Counted from the stretch's first letter, positions 1-16,300 are shown. The stretch is DNA of 64,000 bases from Paramecium tetraurelia (GCA_000165425.1 CT868658.1:248001-312000); one strand, 5' to 3'. The notes: generated from the letters alone by a model not told the origin. Program-made: numbers and translations.

Positions 1-2507
1 TTAATGTAATATTTTTGATGGGCTTGCTCTTTATGAAATGGAAATCACTTAAATCCAACGAAGCCTACCTAGAACAAACCTTCAAGTAGAAATCATTAGA
101 ATGTATGTATATGACCACTACTTTCATAGTAAAGGAATCAATAAACAATAGAGATTTGGTAAGCAAATCCAATCAATAATAATCGGTTAGTTAGGATATC
201 AATGCTATAAAAATGGAATGCAATGAGGACGAAATCGTTTTATAGAATGTGGCTTGGATTCAAAATCAATCTGCTTTAGTCTATAACAAAAAGCTTAACA
301 TAGTTTATTAGAATATATTTTTAGGGAAATTACTCAAGCAATCGAATTTGGATGAACAATAAACCCAATAGTAATCAAAACCAGATTATGAGGAGTTGTT
401 CCTTGATTGTTAGATTTTGGTTGGAAGCAAAGAATTGATGGAAATCAATAGCAATAATAACGATTAGTCTGTAAATAGCGAGTAATTAATTATATAATGA
501 AAAAGTGGCTCATTTTTGCTTAATAGAGTGAATGATTATCACAAATGCCGGATGAAGTCAAGTCTGACCATCAGAGATTTGAGTCTAATGATGCAAAACG
601 AGATCGATAAGTAGTTTAGTTGGAATTAAAAAGAGATGGCGACCGAGCATGGTGACATTGTTTAAATTGAGGAGCGAAGTGTTCGATTTTGAGAATATCC
701 AAATCAAGGCTTTTGTGAATAAGGTCAATGAATCCTCCTATCTGATCTTCCTTTTTGAGCAGTAGCCTCCTCAAAGAAAGAAGGAAGACACCGCCTAACC
801 AATCATCAACGTATTCTCAACCTTTGTGCACGAATCAGTAAGCTATATCAACTGTATATTAACCTTAATTTTACTCACACAACATGAACACGAGAACACT
901 CTCAAAATCTCATTAAAGCAGCATTATTACATGCCAATAAGGATGATGAGTATGAGATATATCCTATTTGTCAACAGCATGAGGGATTACATCTTCTACA
1001 TATAAAACTAGTTATTCTTAAGAATTTCAGCATTCAAGGTGAATGACTTGATAGAAGAATTACTAATTGTCTATGAAGACAACCTAAAAATTAGAGAAGT
1101 GAATTTAACAACATCCATAGATCTGAGTGACAATAATCAAGTCATATTCAGCGATTTAGATAGAGTAATAACATAATTATGATTAATTAGTTAAAATAAA
1201 TTCTAGCATGTTTATTCTCCTATTGTTTGAAATACACATCTGCATCATAATTAAAATTAGATATCAAAAGTTATACTGTCAGCGGTATTATGGTATCTTT
1301 TAAAGACAGCATGATAGCTAAAGATGAAAATATGAGAAAATCAATAACCAATTTAGTTAGACTTCTCAATTCTACTCTTAAAATGGCTTCATTTTATGAT
1401 GTTGATCTTAACAACCCATTGGAATTATAGATCTGTGTTATTTTATGTTGGTAATTGTCTGGTACATTCAAAAGAGGTCTCGAATTCTTGTATGATAGTT
1501 AGGGATATGGTACCTTCACTTTTGTAATTGAATCTTAAACCAACCAATAAAGAATGTAATCTCGTCAAGATACAGGCCCAATCAAAATATTAGGTCAAAG
1601 AAAATATTATGAAACATCATTATCATTATTATTGGCTTAAGATAGCAGTGGCTATAGAGAGGAATCTAAGTAATTCATCTTTTCATTCTAGATATTTTTC
1701 ATTGACATAATTATCAAAACAATTCTCAATGAAACCTGGAGATCCATTTGATGTTTAGAGTGCTTATTTTTCTTAGATTTCAAGAATAAAATAGGATTCT
1801 TCTAATTCCAAATAAGTATAAAATTCTGGATCCGTTCCAAAACAATCCAAAGAATAGAGCAATAGCTTTTCAGGAACTTGGAAATAAGGGTTTCCTGATA
1901 CAATATAATAGACATATAAAAAAACTAGAAATGAGAAAAGTGATTCATAACATGATTCAATGAAGACACATTCTAATTTTGATTTTGGCGCAGAGTTGAG
2001 CAACCCTTCCATTCATCCTCCAGAATTAACACCAAAATTATTGTCATCAGTGATTAAATACAGACTTAGATTGACTTGTTGTGCCAAAGTGTTGATAGTG
2101 GATAATGATCATTATAGTGTTTTCTCATTGCAAAAGGTTTTGGAGAAATACAATATCAAATGTGATAAGGCCTTTAATGGGATCGAGGCTTAAAAATTAA
2201 TATAGAATAAGTAGAACACGCCTTGCCATTGTGGAAACAGATCTTATCTGCTATATTTTATTGAGTTTTATTTGCCAGTATCTAAATGTGTTGATATATC
2301 TAGATTTTATCAGGGATCGATTTAGTGAGATCTCTTAAGGAGTAAATGAGAAATAGTCTGATAGACAAGGGATACGTGATAATCATAGCCACGTTCGTAG
2401 ATCTGAATTCAAAATTGGAGTGTTTCAAGAATGGAGCAGATTATTTCATCACCAAGCCTTTCGACCTGATTGACATAGGGGCAGCAGTCTAATATTTAGA
2501 TTTTTGA
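1..2507 (+). CDS. Degenerate hybrid histidine kinase / response-regulator protein (5'-partial)
   Basis: Ciliate-code translation shows an H-box-like [14 protein letters not shown] and a HATPase N-box-like [15 protein letters not shown]. The C-terminal receiver reads [19 protein letters not shown]...[10 protein letters not shown]...[13 protein letters not shown] at 2505-2507. Tiny introns, with a frame change needed near 595-690. Confidence 0.75.
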
Positions 2508-2521
2508 TAGTTAATTATATA

Positions 2522-3778
<1,257 letters not shown>

Positions 3779-3844
3779 CGATAAAATATTATTATTATAT
3801 ATTAATACTATTTACATAAGATCGTATGTAATAAAGTATAACTA

Positions 3845-4641
3845 TCACTTTTACTGTAAACTATTACTTCTCAGTAACTGTCTTAATTTTTACATTTATT
3901 CATTTTCTTTTTCAATCTCATACCAGTCACAGAAATACTTATAATCTTCGAAAGCAGCCACCTGCATTAAATTCTTAACATATTGTACAATATCTTCATA
4001 GTCATCATTATATAACATATTAGGTGTAAATTTGTGATTCTGCCTTTAATTAATCATTTGTATTTGCTGATCATTCAGATTATAAAGATTGAAATCATAC
4101 TTCTCTAATATTGTTTTTACTTTTAAAGGAAAGGTGAATTTGGCTTTTCTCCAAGGTGGTAAATCCCAAGTTATAATATCAAAAATTAACTCCACACTAA
4201 AAAGATTATCCTTAAGCAATTTTTCAACATAAGCATACATTGCTTTACTCTCTAAATTCTCTCGTATTGTTGTTATGTTCACATCTATTAATTTTGGAAA
4301 AACTAAACGTTATTGATTCTGGTTTTAATTTTTCTATTGCTCAAAATCTTTTTAATCTATATAATCCAATAAATTAGGAGCACAACATAGAAATAATTTG
4401 TTAAATGATCTGCAAACCAATCTTAATTCCATTATCTCATTTGCTTTCAAAAACACCATTATACTAAAAATGTTTATTAATTGAAGTATCTCAGTGCTTA
4501 TTATTTGTGCAAAGTTTATTATTATTATTAAGTCGTGTTTTTAAATTACTTTAGACCTTGTTTGTTCTTTGCTTGAGCATTGGGTTAATTTTAAGGTTTG
4601 TGTTAATACTTACCAATTTCTTGAGGTACTTGTTTAATCAT
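3845..4641 (-). CDS. F-box-like protein (frame break near 4465)
   Basis: IMVFLKANEIMELRLVCRSFNKL resembles an F-box. The upstream ATG frame (4641) is one base out of register. Confidence 0.5.
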
Positions 4642-4820
4642 TTTAGAATTAATATAAAAAATAGAAATAGGAACTAAGGTAAGTTAACCTATAAACTGAT
4701 GGATTCTGAGTAATTTCTAACAGAAATTAAACAAAGTTATTAAGGTGGTTTTAAGCAAAATATAAATTTAGCTGATCTTGGAAGATTAAGATAATATATA
4801 ATTATCACTAAAGAATATAA

Positions 4821-5603
4821 TCAGATATCAATATTACAACAAAAGAAAAATTTCTGCCAGAAGGACTTTTCATCCCCTGTATTTTAATCATTATTCTTTG
4901 TCGTTGATTCCTAAACATGTTAACCTTATTTTGCGAATGAACTGATATAATGAGATTCAAGTTTTGATACTTTGAGTGCAAATTAAGTAAGGTTTGTTTT
5001 ACTTAATTAAGTTTTATCAGCAAAGGCTTTCGAGAATATTTAAATAATATTTACCTGGGTAATCTTCATTGGGTTTCCCATTCTTTTTTTTTGGAACGTA
5101 CAATTCATAAAGCAGGGATCCATCTTCAGTAAATGGGGAATGAATATAATCATGTTGCAGATTGAATTCTTTTATAACTAAAGCAATAAAATCAGAGATA
5201 AGGATGTCTTGTGTTGCTTAGACAATGATTTCATATTTATTATCAATATTCTCATCGTACCAAAACACATTATAGAGATTTGGTTTCCCAATTTGATGGC
5301 ACTATTGTATAGTCATATGAATTGAATGATTACCTCTTCCTCAATTACTTGGATTGGTTCTATGCATGATTGAGATCCTCTTCTTTGAGGAGGGATGTGA
5401 TTGAGTTGAAGCAAACTTCCTTTAAATTATAGTTTATTGGTACTTTGAGTTCTTTTTAATTTAAAATTTTTAGTATTATCTTATAACATAGCCAGATTAG
5501 CATGGCTTTGTTTAGATTGTGTGGATGTTGATTGCTCTTAACTGGAGAGTTTCTCATCAATGATGAGATCAAACTATTCATCCTTTTCGCATTGTTAATT
5601 CAT
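4821..5603 (-). CDS. Small protein with a SIN1/Avo1 CRIM-like ubiquitin-fold motif
   Basis: LYELYVPKKKNGKPNEDYPAFADKTQLSKTNLTQFAL, C-terminus FWQKFFFCCNIDI*. Two introns. Confidence 0.6.
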
Positions 5604-5679
5604 TCGACTTTCGCTAGTTTCTTGAATTTTATATGTATAAATAAATAATTTCTAATAATAAATAATTTATACTTCATTA

Positions 5680-6367
5680 ATGGATTTCAATTGCAGAGTG
5701 AAATGTGCTTGTGTGATAAATCTGAGTACATTAAGCAAACACGGAATCTTATCATTGGTGGCTGAAAACCCAGTGTTCATAAATGACTTGCAACAAGAAG
5801 CTCAATTGCTATTCCAACAAATCTAAAATTAATAGGATTCCTCATAGGTTCCTTCCTTACCCGTCTAAAAGATCTACTCATAATCAGGAGCTTGGTATTG
5901 CTCATTAAAGAACAATATAGTAATTGCACTATTAGTTACATCCTCTTATCCAATGCCAAGTGCTATGCGATTATTAAAACAAATTGAAGAATTATTAAAG
6001 AGATAAATCTAAAGTGGCAAGTATGAATTCCAACCCCTAGAACCCAATGTCAGAAATGTAAGTTTTTAATTGCAATTAGTTATTAACACAATATGACAGA
6101 GATCCTTTTGCTGATGATAAAATTGAAATAACTTGTAAGTCTGTTGATTCTATCCAAGGATTAATGGAGGAAAACTTAAGGAAGTTCTAGATGAATTAGG
6201 AAAAACTTCACGTTATTCATCACAAGAGTGAAGACATATCTTAAATGGCAAATCAATTTCAAAAAGGAGCAACAGCCGTAAACAACAAATAAAATTGGGC
6301 TGCTTATGTTGCAATTGGGATATTTGGAGCTCTTGTAATCGGAGTCATAATTTACCTCTTCTTATGA
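5680..6367 (+). CDS. Longin-type R-SNARE (synaptobrevin/VAMP7-like)
   Basis: Longin-like N-terminus, SNARE motif VDSIQGLMEENLRKFQMNQEKLHVIHHKSEDISQMANQF, and C-terminal TM helix AYVAIGIFGALVIGVIIYLFL*. Confidence 0.85.
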
Positions 6368-6400
6368 TAATAAATTTTAGTATATAAACTATATAACATA

Positions 6401-8084
6401 TCATTTTGCTGTATGCAACCGTATATATCCAGGTTCTGTTGGGTTTCTGAATTGTTTCAAAGAAGGAGTTTTCCCTATATTTGTACTCTAAGTGACATTC
6501 TAGAACGAGTGTAAAAATGAATTTGTGACATGAATACTCGATTAAATTTCTTTGGTTTGACTGATTGAATGAGCATGCTTGAATTTCAAAAGTTCTAAAT
6601 TTGTTTCTATTAAAAATTCTTTTAAATCTGGTCTTCTATTTAGAATGCTTTTTGAAGGCTATTACTTAATAATTCTCTTTAATTATTTAGAAACTCTTAA
6701 TTTGGCCCCAGATATTCCAGGGTCTGACTCACTATATTTCAAAAAACAACTCTCACAAATGAGAACCGATTTTATTAAAAAAGCATCATTCACTTTTAAT
6801 TATTCAAATAGTTGCACTGTCAAATGTGGATAGAGCTTCAAAATAAGAGGTGGAATGTGTGAATGTATGTCTCTGAGATGACCCTCACATTATAAAAATG
6901 ATTTAGGCTTAATTATCTCAATATTATTCACAAGTGGATGCTGATTTACGTCTTAATCAAAATGTTTGATTATGTACTCATAAGTCAAATGGTAAAGATC
7001 TAAAAGTAATTTGGAAATATTCACCTTTTTATTGGCATAAAACTCCACACTCAAAACATTCAATATCTTTAATCAAGGCTACTGGATGCATAGTATTTAC
7101 AGTCAGCATATTCTTTATTGAATATGGTTTCTAGAAATTCGTATTAAATGGAATTGGAGTGTTGTTCTTTTTCACATTAATATTGCCCCATAATGGTTTA
7201 TATAACTTTATCTATGATTAGGCTTCACCTTACAATCTTATTGAAGACGAATACAAAAACCAAACCTTGTTATTCTATAAACCATATGGCCATAATTAAT
7301 TACTTAGTCTGCTTTAAAATAAAATACTATTCTAGATAGGTTTGTTTGTCCATAACTCAAATTTGTTATCTTCTGAACTATCATCTAACATTGTTTTCTT
7401 ATCTCTTATGATATCTCCTTGCCCCTTAATGGAATTACTCTGGAATACGCTTCCCCTCCATCAAAGGTAGTGCATCTTTCTATGATAGCATATATATTTA
7501 CCATAGGGATCATATGACATATCATATAAATCTCGATTGTTTTGTTTCTTTGAAAGTATACACACAGATGGGCTCCAAATTGCCTGAATCAAAGATTCGT
7601 GATTTCCTAGTGGCTCTATAAACTTCTGTAAAATTCCTGAAGGTGGTTTATTTTGAGAATTGACAAAATCAGGAAACATTTACTTCGTAAGATAATAAAT
7701 GCATATCTTTTCATCACAGTCTAAGAGAGGTTTTGCCCTTTTTGATTAACTTGGAAAGGTTTTCTCCTCTGTGGGATCAGAATGATTATATTTTTAAGGA
7801 TAGATGTAGTAAGCTATAACTTATCCATTTGGTTTATCGCCTTAACAAAAATGCTTAATTAAATTTTCAGACTTTCTTGCTTCGGACTTCTTTGTCATTA
7901 TCTCTCCTTCCTTACTTGTAAAGTACCAAACCTAATTTTACATCATTATTACTTAAGGAACTCCATTTTTATAAATTAATGTGTCTGGTATTCTTATTTA
8001 AAATGATTCCTTTAATAATGATTCATCCTTAAACCACAAAAAATGATATATATTGTATGCTACTCCATTTGTATTTGTTATCAT
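6401..8084 (-). CDS. Conserved hypothetical protein
   Basis: Long intron-containing ORF: IRIPDTLIYKNGVP..WYFTSKEG, GILQKFIEPLGNHESLIQAIWSP. Confidence 0.7.
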
Positions 8085-8492
8085 TTCCAATAATTTATAT
8101 TTAAAGAATAATAATATTAATATGCAAAATAAGGGAATCTACCTTAATTATATTTAAATAGAATTCTAAAAGTCTAATTTAGTTGAGAGATTCAATCTTT
8201 TATACTTACAATGCTAAGTTGCAAAAAATGATATTGCATTGTTGATTTGATAACCTGAGATATTGAAATAACTTATCATTGAATCTAGAAAGTGTAGTTT
8301 ATACAGAGAAAGAGCATAATTTTAAAGAGAAGTATAAAAGGATTTAACTATATTGTTTAAATTGGATATTAATGTGTTTTGAGGTCATTGGTATAAATAA
8401 TTAATAACATTTAATTTATTTTTATTAATATATTATATTTTTACATTTTTATTGTTAACATAAACAGTAATTTTATTTTCATTAAATTGTAT

Positions 8493-9377
8493 ATGAAACC
8501 TAAGAACATTTAACCACATAAAAAATCATAAACTAGCTATTTAAATTATATGCTTGATGCTCGCTTATCAAAAATAAGACAAAAAACAGCAATTAGATTC
8601 ATAGAAAATGAGAATGAAAGCAAAGTTGGAGAAGATCACATCCATATCAGAACTGATTATAGTGATTCTCATAATTGTTAAAATTGTTAGAAACAACAAT
8701 TAATAATCAACGAATTAAAGGCATAAATTTTGGAGAATTAGAAACAAATTGGCATTTTGTAGATAGAGAAAGACATCATATAAAAAAAAGAAGAATAAAC
8801 GATAAAGTTATTGATTTAAGAGATTGAAAAAACAAAATTAGATTAAAAAAAGTATTCATTTGAGTTACAGCAATCATTAATTTAATTTGTTAATGACAAT
8901 GTTCTTAAATAGAGTCAAACTCCATCATCATAAGATAAATCAGACTAACAATGTGTTTTGAATAGTCAACTGAAATAAATCAAAGAGGAAAATGCTAATT
9001 ATGCTAAACTTTTACATTAATAGTACGATTTCTCAATTAATATAAATATTAAATTCGTACAATTATCAAACTCTTTAAATACATTAATTAACTTGATTCA
9101 AAAATATACAAAAATCATAACTCATATCCAAATGCAAAGTTCACCATAACTAGATTTGCTACTACCTGGTCCCCTTGAAGATCACGTGAAATAGGATCAT
9201 CAACAATAGTTACTTTTCATTGATTTACATGATATGACATCTAAAATACAATAGATTTAGATTGGATCCTTAACAGATGTGCAATAGAAGATAGAAACAT
9301 TGATCCAATTAGTAGCTGATTACTTTACTTAGGCTTAAAGAATAGCAATAAATGATATGAGTAGAACCATGATATGA
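8493..9377 (+). CDS. Coiled-coil hypothetical protein
   Basis: Gln/Glu/Lys-rich ORF in the ciliate code, from ATG 8493 to TGA 9375-9377. Confidence 0.65.
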
Positions 9378-9412
9378 TTGATTTACTAATAATTTGGGTA
9401 TAAAAATAATAA

Positions 9413-11070
9413 TCATCTACTAAATTTATCAAATTAAGAAAATGAGGACTGCATTTTATCTCTATTTCTATCAAAATGATATTTCGGTATGATTCCAATA
9501 GTTCCTGTAATATAGTAGGACCCTGGACCTATCTCTTCTTTTTCCTTAGGAGGGAATCTAGCTGCCTTTCCGAGACTAAAATTAATAGAAAATTAAACCT
9601 TGATCTTGGACCTGTGTTAAATGGCAATGAGTAGCTACCAGGTCCAATATTTTTAAATTTCGAAAGTACTGGATCAGATCTATTGCCTTTTGTTAGACTG
9701 GCATGTGCTGTTTAGGCCTTAGTATAATGTTCAAAAGGCTTAGTAAATGAATCTGAAACAAGTTGAGAATCTGGGTCATATTAACCTGGCCCAGGAGTGG
9801 CATTATGATTTCTTTGCTCATATTTAAGCCGAATTGAATAATTAGGACCTTACAAACTTGAGTTGATATCGTATTTTCCTGGAGAAGGTACTCTATCTCT
9901 TGAGAGTCGAAATTCAGTATTTGGATTGTACCTATCACCAGTTCCCATAGATAATTATGATTTGCTATGTGAAATTCGAGTGGCAGGTAATTAAGGGTCA
10001 TGTGTTCCAGGTCCTGGTTTCAATTATGATTCCTTTGCAACAAGTTAGGATCTATTTTCTTTGAGCATTTTGATTTCTTTGGCAGTGGAAGGATGTGGAA
10101 GTTTTGGATCGTGAGCTATTTTAGATAAATGTAATTACCCCCTGGTCCAGGATCAAAATAATCAGTAGTCAAAATGGGAATATATTTATGACCAAAACTA
10201 AAAGCTTTTTTAAATTAATTCATAGCTGGTGTATATGTATCCGGACTAGGGACAACTTTATGTGAAGGCAATTCTCTTTCTGCCTTTGGTATGGAATATT
10301 TAGGGGCTAACTCTTGAGATACTTCCCTATAGTCTCCAGGTCCAACATCAATTGATTTTGGCAATTATAATTTTTTGGCAGTTCCAAATCCAGTCTTCTT
10401 TCCTTTTCTAGTAGCCCAACTAGTGGCAGTTTTGAATTAGCTGAAAGTTTCAGAATTAAAGTATTAGTCTGGCGATGGCCCTTCTTTTGCCCATTTGGTT
10501 TCTTACTTGTAGCCAAATCCAAAAACAGGCTATGAATGTTGATTCGACAGAGATGGATTGTATGAACCAGGACTAGAATGTTTAATGATGTATTTAATAC
10601 CCTATTGGATGCTCCTTCACAACTTCTGGTTTGTGAATTGCCCATGTTTAATGAAGATCCAACTCGCCTCCAGATAATCTTTTACCCATTGATGTTTAAA
10701 TAGTATACATCTACTTGATTTTCTCTTGTTATTCTTTAGTTTAATTTTTCTCCAAAAGAACTTTAAGTTATTCTTCATCAATAACTTAAACATTATGGAT
10801 GTTGTATGCTCCAACAGGTGGGTTAGGTGCTTTCACAGGTTTCAATTTATCATCTTGTGGGAGATTAGATTTTCTCCTTGATATTTTACTAGAAATTCTA
10901 GATTCAGTTCTTCTAAGTTGATCATCGAATTTCTTGCATCCCTCAACTTCCAGTTTGCTAGCAGTCACATCATCTTTTTTAACCCATGGTAATCTTTGCG
11001 ATTCACCAAATGTAAACGCTCCTGAGAATGTTAATCCATGGGGAGTAGTTCCCGTTGTACTTTGATTCAT
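9413..11070 (-). CDS. SHIPPO-repeat (PGPGxY) ciliary protein, ODF3-like
   Basis: Many PGPGxY-type repeats (GPGSY, PSPDTY, PGPGTH, TPGPGQY, IGPGSY). Confidence 0.85.
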
Positions 11071-11124
11071 GGTTGTATAATTTTTATTAATTTATTCTAA
11101 TAATATAAATTTCAATAGACTTAG

Positions 11125-12207
11125 TCAAAATTGGTTGTTCAAATATTTTTCTGGGTTTCTGATGGCTGCTTTCAGAAATTTATCGAATTCTTCACAACTT
11201 AACTTTAATTTCTACACTTCATCCCACAAAATTACAGCCGATAATTTTTATGCTTAAGATTATTTAGAAATCTGTAGCTTCAACTTTAACAATTTCGAAT
11301 AAAACAATCTTTAACCTTAGGATTCACATTTCCGTGATTACTCCTCTAAAAATCCAATATCACTAGTTGACATATTAGTTAGAATTTCACTCTTGCCATT
11401 CAATTTCATAGGAATCTATTAACTAATCATAATCTTATGCTGCTACCGAGGAAATAGTACTTCTACTTATTCAGCATTCATCCATTTAGGACTTTTCCTT
11501 TTTTATAAATTTTTATTAATTAGACCATTGTTATAATGCTACGATTCCATTTTTAAATTATTGCATTCCTAAATTTTATTGTTTAATTTTTCAAACAAGT
11601 GCTCTTTTGATTCACCATAATTATCCTTCTAATCAGCACTTAAACAGTACAATTTATTACTGTACTAATTCGATTGGCTCTCTTATGTCATTAACTATTT
11701 GAATTTATTCTGAGAGCTCTGTTTATATTCAAGTTCCTGTTTGATTTCCAAATCATCATTCAGTATTTATATCTTTTATTCTATAAGTACTTATATTCTT
11801 TCAATATACAAACTTAGATTTAATGATGATTTAGGAATGTATTTTAATTGAATGATTTCAGCTTAATAGGTTTAACAGCAAGCTATTTCTACCTTACCTA
11901 TAGTAGAAATCTGAACAACAAGTTCAATTATCCTAATGAGTCTAAGTGCTAATGTATTATTCTATTTTTCCATTAAGCACATCCTGATTTTTTGTAATTT
12001 ATAATGATTTTCCTCCAACAAAGAGTAGGTTTTATCAATATGATCTATATCCTATGCCACTTGAGTACAAATAAAGGAATGCTGATTGATTTAATTAAAT
12101 CTAATGTATTCTTAACAATTCATGCAGGGAATTAGTAATTATGAAGGTTCTTCTTCTGCGTGTGAACTTGTCTTGCATTTTTGCTTTAAAGAATTAAAGT
12201 AACTCAT
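11125..12207 (-). CDS. Hypothetical protein with N-terminal CxxC..H..C zinc-finger-like motif and coiled coil
   Basis: MSYFNSLKQK...LIPCMNCQEYIRFNQINQHSFIC. Stop TGA at 11125-11127. Confidence 0.7.
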
Positions 12208-13367
12208 TGTATAGTATAAAATTGATAAATATTTATTTGACTTAATAAATGTTATAATTTTCTTCACAGAATACTCTTATAAGAATGAATGCCATTAGAT
12301 ATGTTGTTCTTCTATAAAATATAGATATTATTTTAAGTTTCTTATAATCGTTTAATTAGTTTTCTCGTATGATATCATAATTTAATAATAATTTTACTTC
12401 TTCAACAATTTACTAATCATATCTAATTATTAAAAGAGACTTTCTATCGACATCCATCAATTTTCTATGTTATTCTTCTGTCATTATCTATTGCGAATTT
12501 ATATAGTTACTAATTTCACGAAAAAGCATTAATAATATAAGTTGCCTTGTGTATATAGCAATTTTGCATAATAAAATCAATACTAATTTTGGGTAAATGC
12601 AGAATTGCGTTTTACACTTGAGAATTATTAATTATAAATTGCTATAACTTCGATTTTCGTTTGTTTCTAATTTAAATTTTTTTCTATATTTATTGACTTA
12701 ACACTACTTTCTTTAATTAAAAATTTATATAGCCATAAACTTTCGATATTTTTATATTTCTGAATGCTTTTTTTTTGAGCAATTACATTTCAGTTTAATA
12801 AGCTTCCTCTTTAATAGTATATATACCAAATTCAAATTATCATGTTTGCCCTTACAAAAATTTTGGATGATTTAGGTTGTATGTGAATATCACTATCTTG
12901 TATAATTAATAAATCCTTAAACTTTTATTATCAAGTGGAGTAAATAAACAATAAATAAAGGATTTTTTAAGAATATATTTCATTAAATGTTACAACCTTG
13001 CAATATTCTATTTAAATACATACAATAAGGTTTCAAAATTAAGAATAGTTTAAGCCTAATCCTTTTAAGAAGGTTATTAAAAATACTGTATAAATTTAGT
13101 AAGAGATTAACTTTATATTTTGTATAAATTAATGTCAAAATGTGCAAATTTTTAGAATAATAATCCTCACTCAACGCATACATAAAGCAGATAGATAAAG
13201 TTTGGAATGAATTATTATTCTCTTAGTACCTTTACTGAGAGCATCAATTAGTTCTGACAATTTTGATAAAATCACTTATTTGTGTAAATAAAATTATTAA
13301 ATTAACATAAAAATTATATAAAAAGTTTAAGGAATTAAGTTTTGTGATAAATTTAAATTTAATAAAA

Positions 13368-16300
13368 ATGATCATATTTTCATTTCTTATTTCAATAGCA
13401 ATAGCGTGCAAGTAATCATTAGGAATACCTTAGTTCGTTGAGTGAATCTGAATCCATAAATTTGGAGAATGGAAAGAAATAAGAATTATGTTTTAAAGTG
13501 AATACAAATTTACCAACAATAGTTTAATTAGTTAAATATGTGGATGAAGGTTCCAAGAAAAAAAAGAAAAAGGGCAGCAAAGAAGAAGAAGAGGATGATG
13601 AAAATATATTAATTTATGGTATCTGTTGTTTTTAATATAATATAGAGGAAGTAGCAGTAGGTTAGTGCAAATTAAAGCAAGGACAAAGAGTATGTTATTT
13701 TGAAAAAGGTAAAGATAGATTAGAAGTTGATTTACTCTGCACAAAAGGCCCTTGTAAATTTAATGTAATTGTAATGCAGGAGGAGGTGAAACAATTGTAA
13801 ATTGGTAAACAATCAAAGTAGAAATTGAAATTATTGAATATCGCTTAGAACTCCAATTATAGAGTAGTTTATTCGATAAAATGCAATAATTGTGTCATTA
13901 CTAATGCGGATCTATGGTATTTTGGGGAGGAGCCAACCATTATGTAAAGTGACACAAGATTTATAGCTGTATATTATGACGGGATAGAGAGTGAAACAAC
14001 TTTGATTTTGATTGGGGAATAGGAATTTGAAATTGAAAGATTTGAATATGTGAAATAACAGAAGTTGAATGTTTAATTAAATAATGATTGATGCAGTAGA
14101 GAAATCAAAAAAGAATGAATATGTAATTGAAGGGTTAAAAGTTGTAAAACTCAAATCTCATACTCATGAAATCTTAAAAATTAAAGTAAGGAATCAAAAG
14201 GGAGAACTCATAATAGATCAGGTTATAAATACATATAAGCACCGAAATTATAATTTATTATGGAATGAATAATTCGCTAGTTTAGAATTAAGTTCTAACA
14301 GTAAGCTAAGTTATCAAATCGACGTAATGGAACAAACGGATTTAATTTCAATTGAAGGCAATGATTTAGCTATGGGACAAAAATATGGGATTGTGAACTA
14401 CAAATTGAAACTACTTGATATAAAAGACAATCATTTTACAGTGTCAGCAGATAGTTCAGAAGATATTTCAGTTTATGTGAAGTCTTGTAAAGGTAGTAAA
14501 TGTGAAGCTATTGAGAAAATTAAAAATGGAGAATCGTATCAATCTGTAGAATAAAACTGTGAGAATCCAGATAAGGATAATTACTGTTGGTTTGTAATTG
14601 CTGTTGATAGTTAAGGCATTTATAGTTTGAATATTGATGATAATAATGAAGCCAAAATCCTATAAGAGAATCAAATGATGAATTCTGAGATTGATGAAGA
14701 GGAGAAACATTATTTCAAATTTAATTTAGCTAATTCTTAAAATTATAGTTCAGTCATTTTTAGAGTCACTTCTGAAAATGTTTAAATTCTCGTAAGTAGA
14801 TCATCAAAGTGTTAATTGGTAAATTGGAAGTGTTATGAATATAGTGGAACCAGTGAATAGCCTATTAGCTTGAGTGATTCTCAATTAAAAGATGGTTAAT
14901 ATTCCATTACAATTAAAGGAATGGAATTAGCAAAGTATGGGTTGATCATAGAAACTCATCCAAAGGATAAGATCAATATTATAAGTATAAGCAAAGGATA
15001 GATTTATAAGTCATCAATCAATTCTAATTAAAAAAAATAATGTTTTAAGTATTAATAAACTACCAAAGGAGTTTTAACACTTTTAATTCATGGACCAAAT
15101 CAGAAACTGGTTAGTTATGCAAATATTGATACTGATGATGAAATCCCAACAAAAGGGGATTATGATGCGATTACAGGAAATTCAGCATTGCAATTAGTTA
15201 GTGATAGGTTTATTGCATGTGTTGAAATTTAGGTTTAGAATAATAAAGATATTAAAAATGAAACCTAGTATAATGACATCAAATTCTCACTCGTTTTATA
15301 TGATGCTTAATCTGTCATTAATTTAGAATTCAATTCAGCCTACTATGGATAGGTAGCATTTACAGAATAGTAAAGATTCTCATTTTTGAGTTACTACGAT
15401 GAAGATGTTGTTTATATCACTAAGAACATTCTATCAAGTGGAGATGTCAATAAAGACTTGTAAGTGTATGTTGGAAATATGTTATATGAGGATCTGGATC
15501 AATATGAATATAAATTTTTTGATAATGAAGTAAGTACATTTTCACTCTCAAGTGAGAAAATGAAGAAATTATGCGACATAGATAACAATGACTAAGTCAC
15601 ATTTAATCATGACCGAATTACTCATCTTTGTGAAATATTTATTGTTGTCAAAAGTATATCCAAAACACCAGTCAGATACACTTTAACAATTCATAAATAA
15701 GATCTGGCCATCTAATTGACAGATGGATTGCAGCAATCTTACAATTTGTAAAACATAGAAGAGTTTATGCATTTCTATTATTAACCTAATTCTAAGTCTG
15801 CTGATGTGAATTTATTTGCATCCACCTTTTTTGGTAAATTCGTTTTGCATTTAAACATTTGGAAATAGGATAAAGCTTCACACAAGTCGGATTGGCCGTT
15901 TATTGATAAAGAAGATGACTCAGATATTTCGAGTGGTTCAACAAATCAAATACACAGAACACTAAAATCAGCAGCATTAGATTAATGTTGGCCAGATTGC
16001 GTGCTATTGATATCAGTTTAAAAGATTGAAGATCCTTAATTGAAAATGTAAAATTTCAATGATTAATTCCATATTATGATAAATTAAGGAATGTAGGATG
16101 TGATTGAAGGCTAAAAGTATGAAGTTTCAATTAAAAGCAAAGAGTCTGTATACTTCACATTTAAGAATTTGTAAAAGTTCAGAGACGATACTTATCTTAC
16201 ATTCTCTGTATTGTAAATAATAGGAAATGTCTATTTTACAATAAGTGTGAATGGTGGGGAATCTTTTGAATTACCCAATATTTTTGGATCTTATGACTTC

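Noticed and set aside
498..500. In-frame TGA in the histidine kinase as a possible second Sec site
   Set aside because: It falls within a plausible 24-nt intron (482-505), and the gene has no room for a SECIS (14 nt to the next gene).
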